64,000 nt of DNA from Moniliella sp. 'wahieum'. Its lineage: Eukaryota. Of this stretch, positions 61,228 to 64,000 are shown in pieces. The notes under the pieces are model-generated. The model was not told where the DNA came from. It saw only the letters and a program-made list of their open reading frames with translations, and ran no database searches. A program made the translations under genes and the position numbers. The DNA is taken from NCBI GenBank assembly GCA_003971905.1, contig RSEE01000012.1:744001-808000 (forward strand), written 5' to 3'. Within the stretch, counting starts at the first letter, position 1, and every line of letters begins with the position of its first letter.

Positions 61228-63917
61228 TTACCCCGAGCACATTGTGCACGCTCCCGGGTTTCCAAACTGCAAGCCAACTTATCCGCCTCGAGTTGTCGTT
61301 GGCGCTGCCGCTCCAACGCTGCGAGGAAGCCTGGGTCTTGGCTTGGGTCCTGAGCTTGGCCCTCTGCACCAGGGCGATCGGCGATGGGTTGGGCGGACCC
61401 GGAAGTAGGGAGGGCGGCTGGGGCAGCCACCACTCCGTCCGCAGCCAAAGGGGTAGCAGGCAACGACGGAGTCAACGGCGCCGATGTAGCCAATTGTTTC
61501 GAAGCCGCTTGTTTCGCCTTTTGCGCCGCACGTTCTTCTTTGCCTTGGCCTTGGCCAGGTTCTGTTCTTCTTGGCTGACGGTGAACTGGATGGCGTTGGC
61601 AGCGGGTCGGGTGCGGAGGTAATAAGCACCCGTCTTCAATCCTTTTTTCCAAGCGTAAAAGTGCATCGAGGTAAGCTGACCAAAGGTAGGGGCTTGAAGG
61701 TGCAAGTTCATGCTTTGCGATTGGCAAATAACGCGCCCGGTCGGCAGCCATATCAATGATGGCCTTTTGCGAAATCTCCCAGACCGTCTTGTACAGTGCC
61801 TTGATATGGGATGGGATCCCGTCCACACCCTGGATCGAGCCGCCATGGGCAATGATCCGATTCTTCATCGTCTCGTCCCACAGCCCTGCCTCGACCAAGT
61901 CCCGCAGCAACCACGGATTGACCACTTGGAAATCGCCAGCGAGCACACGGCGCGAATAAATGTTGGACGTGTACGGTTCAAAGCATTCGTTGAATCCGAG
62001 GATTTGGGAGGTGGAGGCCGTAGGCATGGGAGCCAGCAACAGCGAGTTGCGAATGCCATGCTGAGCAATCTTGGTCTTGAGCTCGGCCCAGTCCCAGCGC
62101 TCCGAAGGCTTAACCCCCCACATATCGTACTGCAGCTGCCCTTGCGAGACGGGGGAGCCTGCGTAAGTCTCATAGGGCCCCAACTCAGCTGCAATCTCGC
62201 ACGAACGCTCCAAGGCGGCATGGTAGATCGTCTCAAAGATCTCCACATTGAGCTTCCGCGCCTCGGGACTATCAAACGGCATCCCCAAGATCTGGAACGC
62301 ATCCGCCAATCCTTGCACTCCAATGCCAATGGGACGATGACGCATGTTGGACTTGCGCGCCTGCTCCACAGGATAGTAGTTGCCATCGATAATTTGTTCA
62401 GGTTCGAGGTGAGCACCTTGGCCACCTGGTGCAATTTGGCAAAGTTGTACGTCTTGGTCGCTTGATCGATAAAAGTGGGAAGCGCAATGGACGCCAAATT
62501 GCACACGGCCACCTCGTCCGGCGCACTGTACTCCATAATCTCGGTGCACAGATTGGAGCTCTTGATGGTACCCAGGTTCTTTTGGTTGGACTTGCGGTTG
62601 GCCGCGTCCTTGTACAACATGAATGGGTTGCCCGTCTCGGTTTGGGCTTCGAGAATGGCATACCACAACTTTTGTGCCTTGACTGTCCGCTTGGGCGGCC
62701 CTCGCGCTCGTACCGCTCATACAGCGCTTCAAACTCGTCGCCATACACATCCGACAGCCCAGGGCACTCGTTGGGGCACATGAGCGACCATTCCCCATTG
62801 GCCTGGACGCGCTTCATGAACAAATCGGGGATCCAGAGCGCGTAGAAAAGCTCGCGGGCACGAAAGTCTTCCTTGCCATGCGTCTTGCGGAGCTCGACAA
62901 ACTCAAAAATGTCCGAGTGCCACGGCTCAACGTAGATGGCAAACGCACCAGGACGTTTGTTGCCGCCTTGGTCAACGTAGCGAGCCGTGTTGTTAAAGAC
63001 GCGGAGCATGGGAACAATGCCATTGCTCACACCATTCGTGCCGGCAATGTAGGAGCCAGTGCCACGAATGTTGTGATGTGCAGTCCAATCCCGCCGGCGT
63101 CTTGGAGATCAGCGCACACGTCTTGAGTGTGTCGTAAATCCCCTCAATCGAGTCTTCTTGCATTGCAACAAGGAAACAGGAGGCCATCTGGGGGCGTGGC
63201 GTACCAGCGTTGAAGAGAGTAGGAGAGGCATGGGTAAAGTACCGCTCGGACATGAGGTTGTACGTCTCGATAGCTGCCTCGACATCGTGACCGTGGATAC
63301 CAACAGCGACACGCATCAGCATGTGCTGAGGCCGCTCAGCGACCTTGCCATTGATGCGGAGGAGGTAAGAACGTTCGAGCGTCTTGAACCCGAAAAAGTT
63401 GTAATGAAAGTCCCGCTCAAAGATGATGGCGCCGTCGAGCTGGTCCCGGTTGGCCATGACGGCTTGGTACGTCTCGGTCGAAATCATGGGCGCGTGCTTG
63501 CCAGTCTTGGGGTTGACATAGTCGTACAGGTCCTGGATGACGTTGCTAAACTGCTTTTTGGTCTCTTTGTGCAAGTTGGAAATGGCAATGCGGGCCGCAG
63601 CACAGCATAATCGGATGGGTCGTCGTCTTGTACGCGGCAGTCTCGGCAGCCAGGTTGTCCAGCTCGACCGTGGTTACGCCATCGTAGATGCCCTCAATGA
63701 CCCGCCGCGTGATCTCGATGGGGTCGACATAGTTTGAGTCGAGGCCGTAGCAGAGCTTGCTGATGCGGGCAGTGACCTTGTCAAACTTGACCGACTCCTT
63801 GCGGCCGTCTGGGAGGGGGGCGGAAGGAGGGGGGTCAGCAGCGCAGACGCAGGGCAGGAGCAGCAACCGCCGCGGGGCGAGTCGGAGACACGCACCGCGC
63901 TTGTAGACGTAGATCAT
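61228..63917 (-). CDS. RNR1: Ribonucleoside-diphosphate reductase large subunit (class Ia), first intron near 63810-63897, many frameshifts
   Basis: ATP cone [23 protein letters not shown]. Motifs [35 protein letters not shown] (catalytic), [25 protein letters not shown] and [10 protein letters not shown]-terminal CTMCSG then stop. Confidence 0.97.
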
Positions 63918-64000
63918 GGGCAGCGAAGGAGAGGTGGTGGGCGGAAGAAGAGAAGGAAGAGGCGACGCGTGGGCTGTGTTGAGAGGACGAGGCTGCTGCT

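Noticed and set aside
63965..63970. MCB element ACGCGT upstream of RNR1
   Set aside because: A single hexamer only about 48 bp from the ATG, and common in this GC-rich DNA. The promoter lies mostly outside the window.

Overview
Eukaryotic, GC-rich, intron-poor fungal DNA, most likely a basidiomycete (Ustilaginomycotina-like; inferred from the gene content, short GT..CTRAC..AG introns and a Cib1/Hac1-type bZIP). Most recognisable genes, even essential ones such as RNR1 and CDC11, carry single-base frameshifts. This points to an unpolished long-read assembly, so gene ends are approximate and pseudogene calls are tentative. Core genes in order: a Zn2Cys6 transcription factor divergent from a 2,2-dialkylglycine decarboxylase, RAD6, an Ecl1-like Cys-motif protein, GH47 mannosidase, NAP/SET chaperone, THI20-like kinase/thiaminase, branched-chain aminotransferase, GH30 glucanase, DNAJC11, tRNA-Gly(GCC), Hac1/Cib1-like bZIP, RAX1, acyl-CoA thioesterase, a large GHKL-ATPase/HExxH (DUF3684-like) protein, CDC11 septin, VDAC and RNR1. 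Accessory stretches (about 3-7.6, 15.6-20.1 and 22.8-30.3 kb) hold tandem repeats, a CRE/Cnl1-like non-LTR retrotransposon tail, a decayed carrier gene, a pair of diverged repeat/paralog relics, and an orphan gene with 31-aa repeats under apparent protein-level selection. The best leads are (i) the TF/dialkylglycine-decarboxylase pair with two identical perfect 14-bp palindromes in the shared promoter, and (ii) the repeat-bearing orphan protein. All family assignments come from motif recognition by eye, not from database searches.
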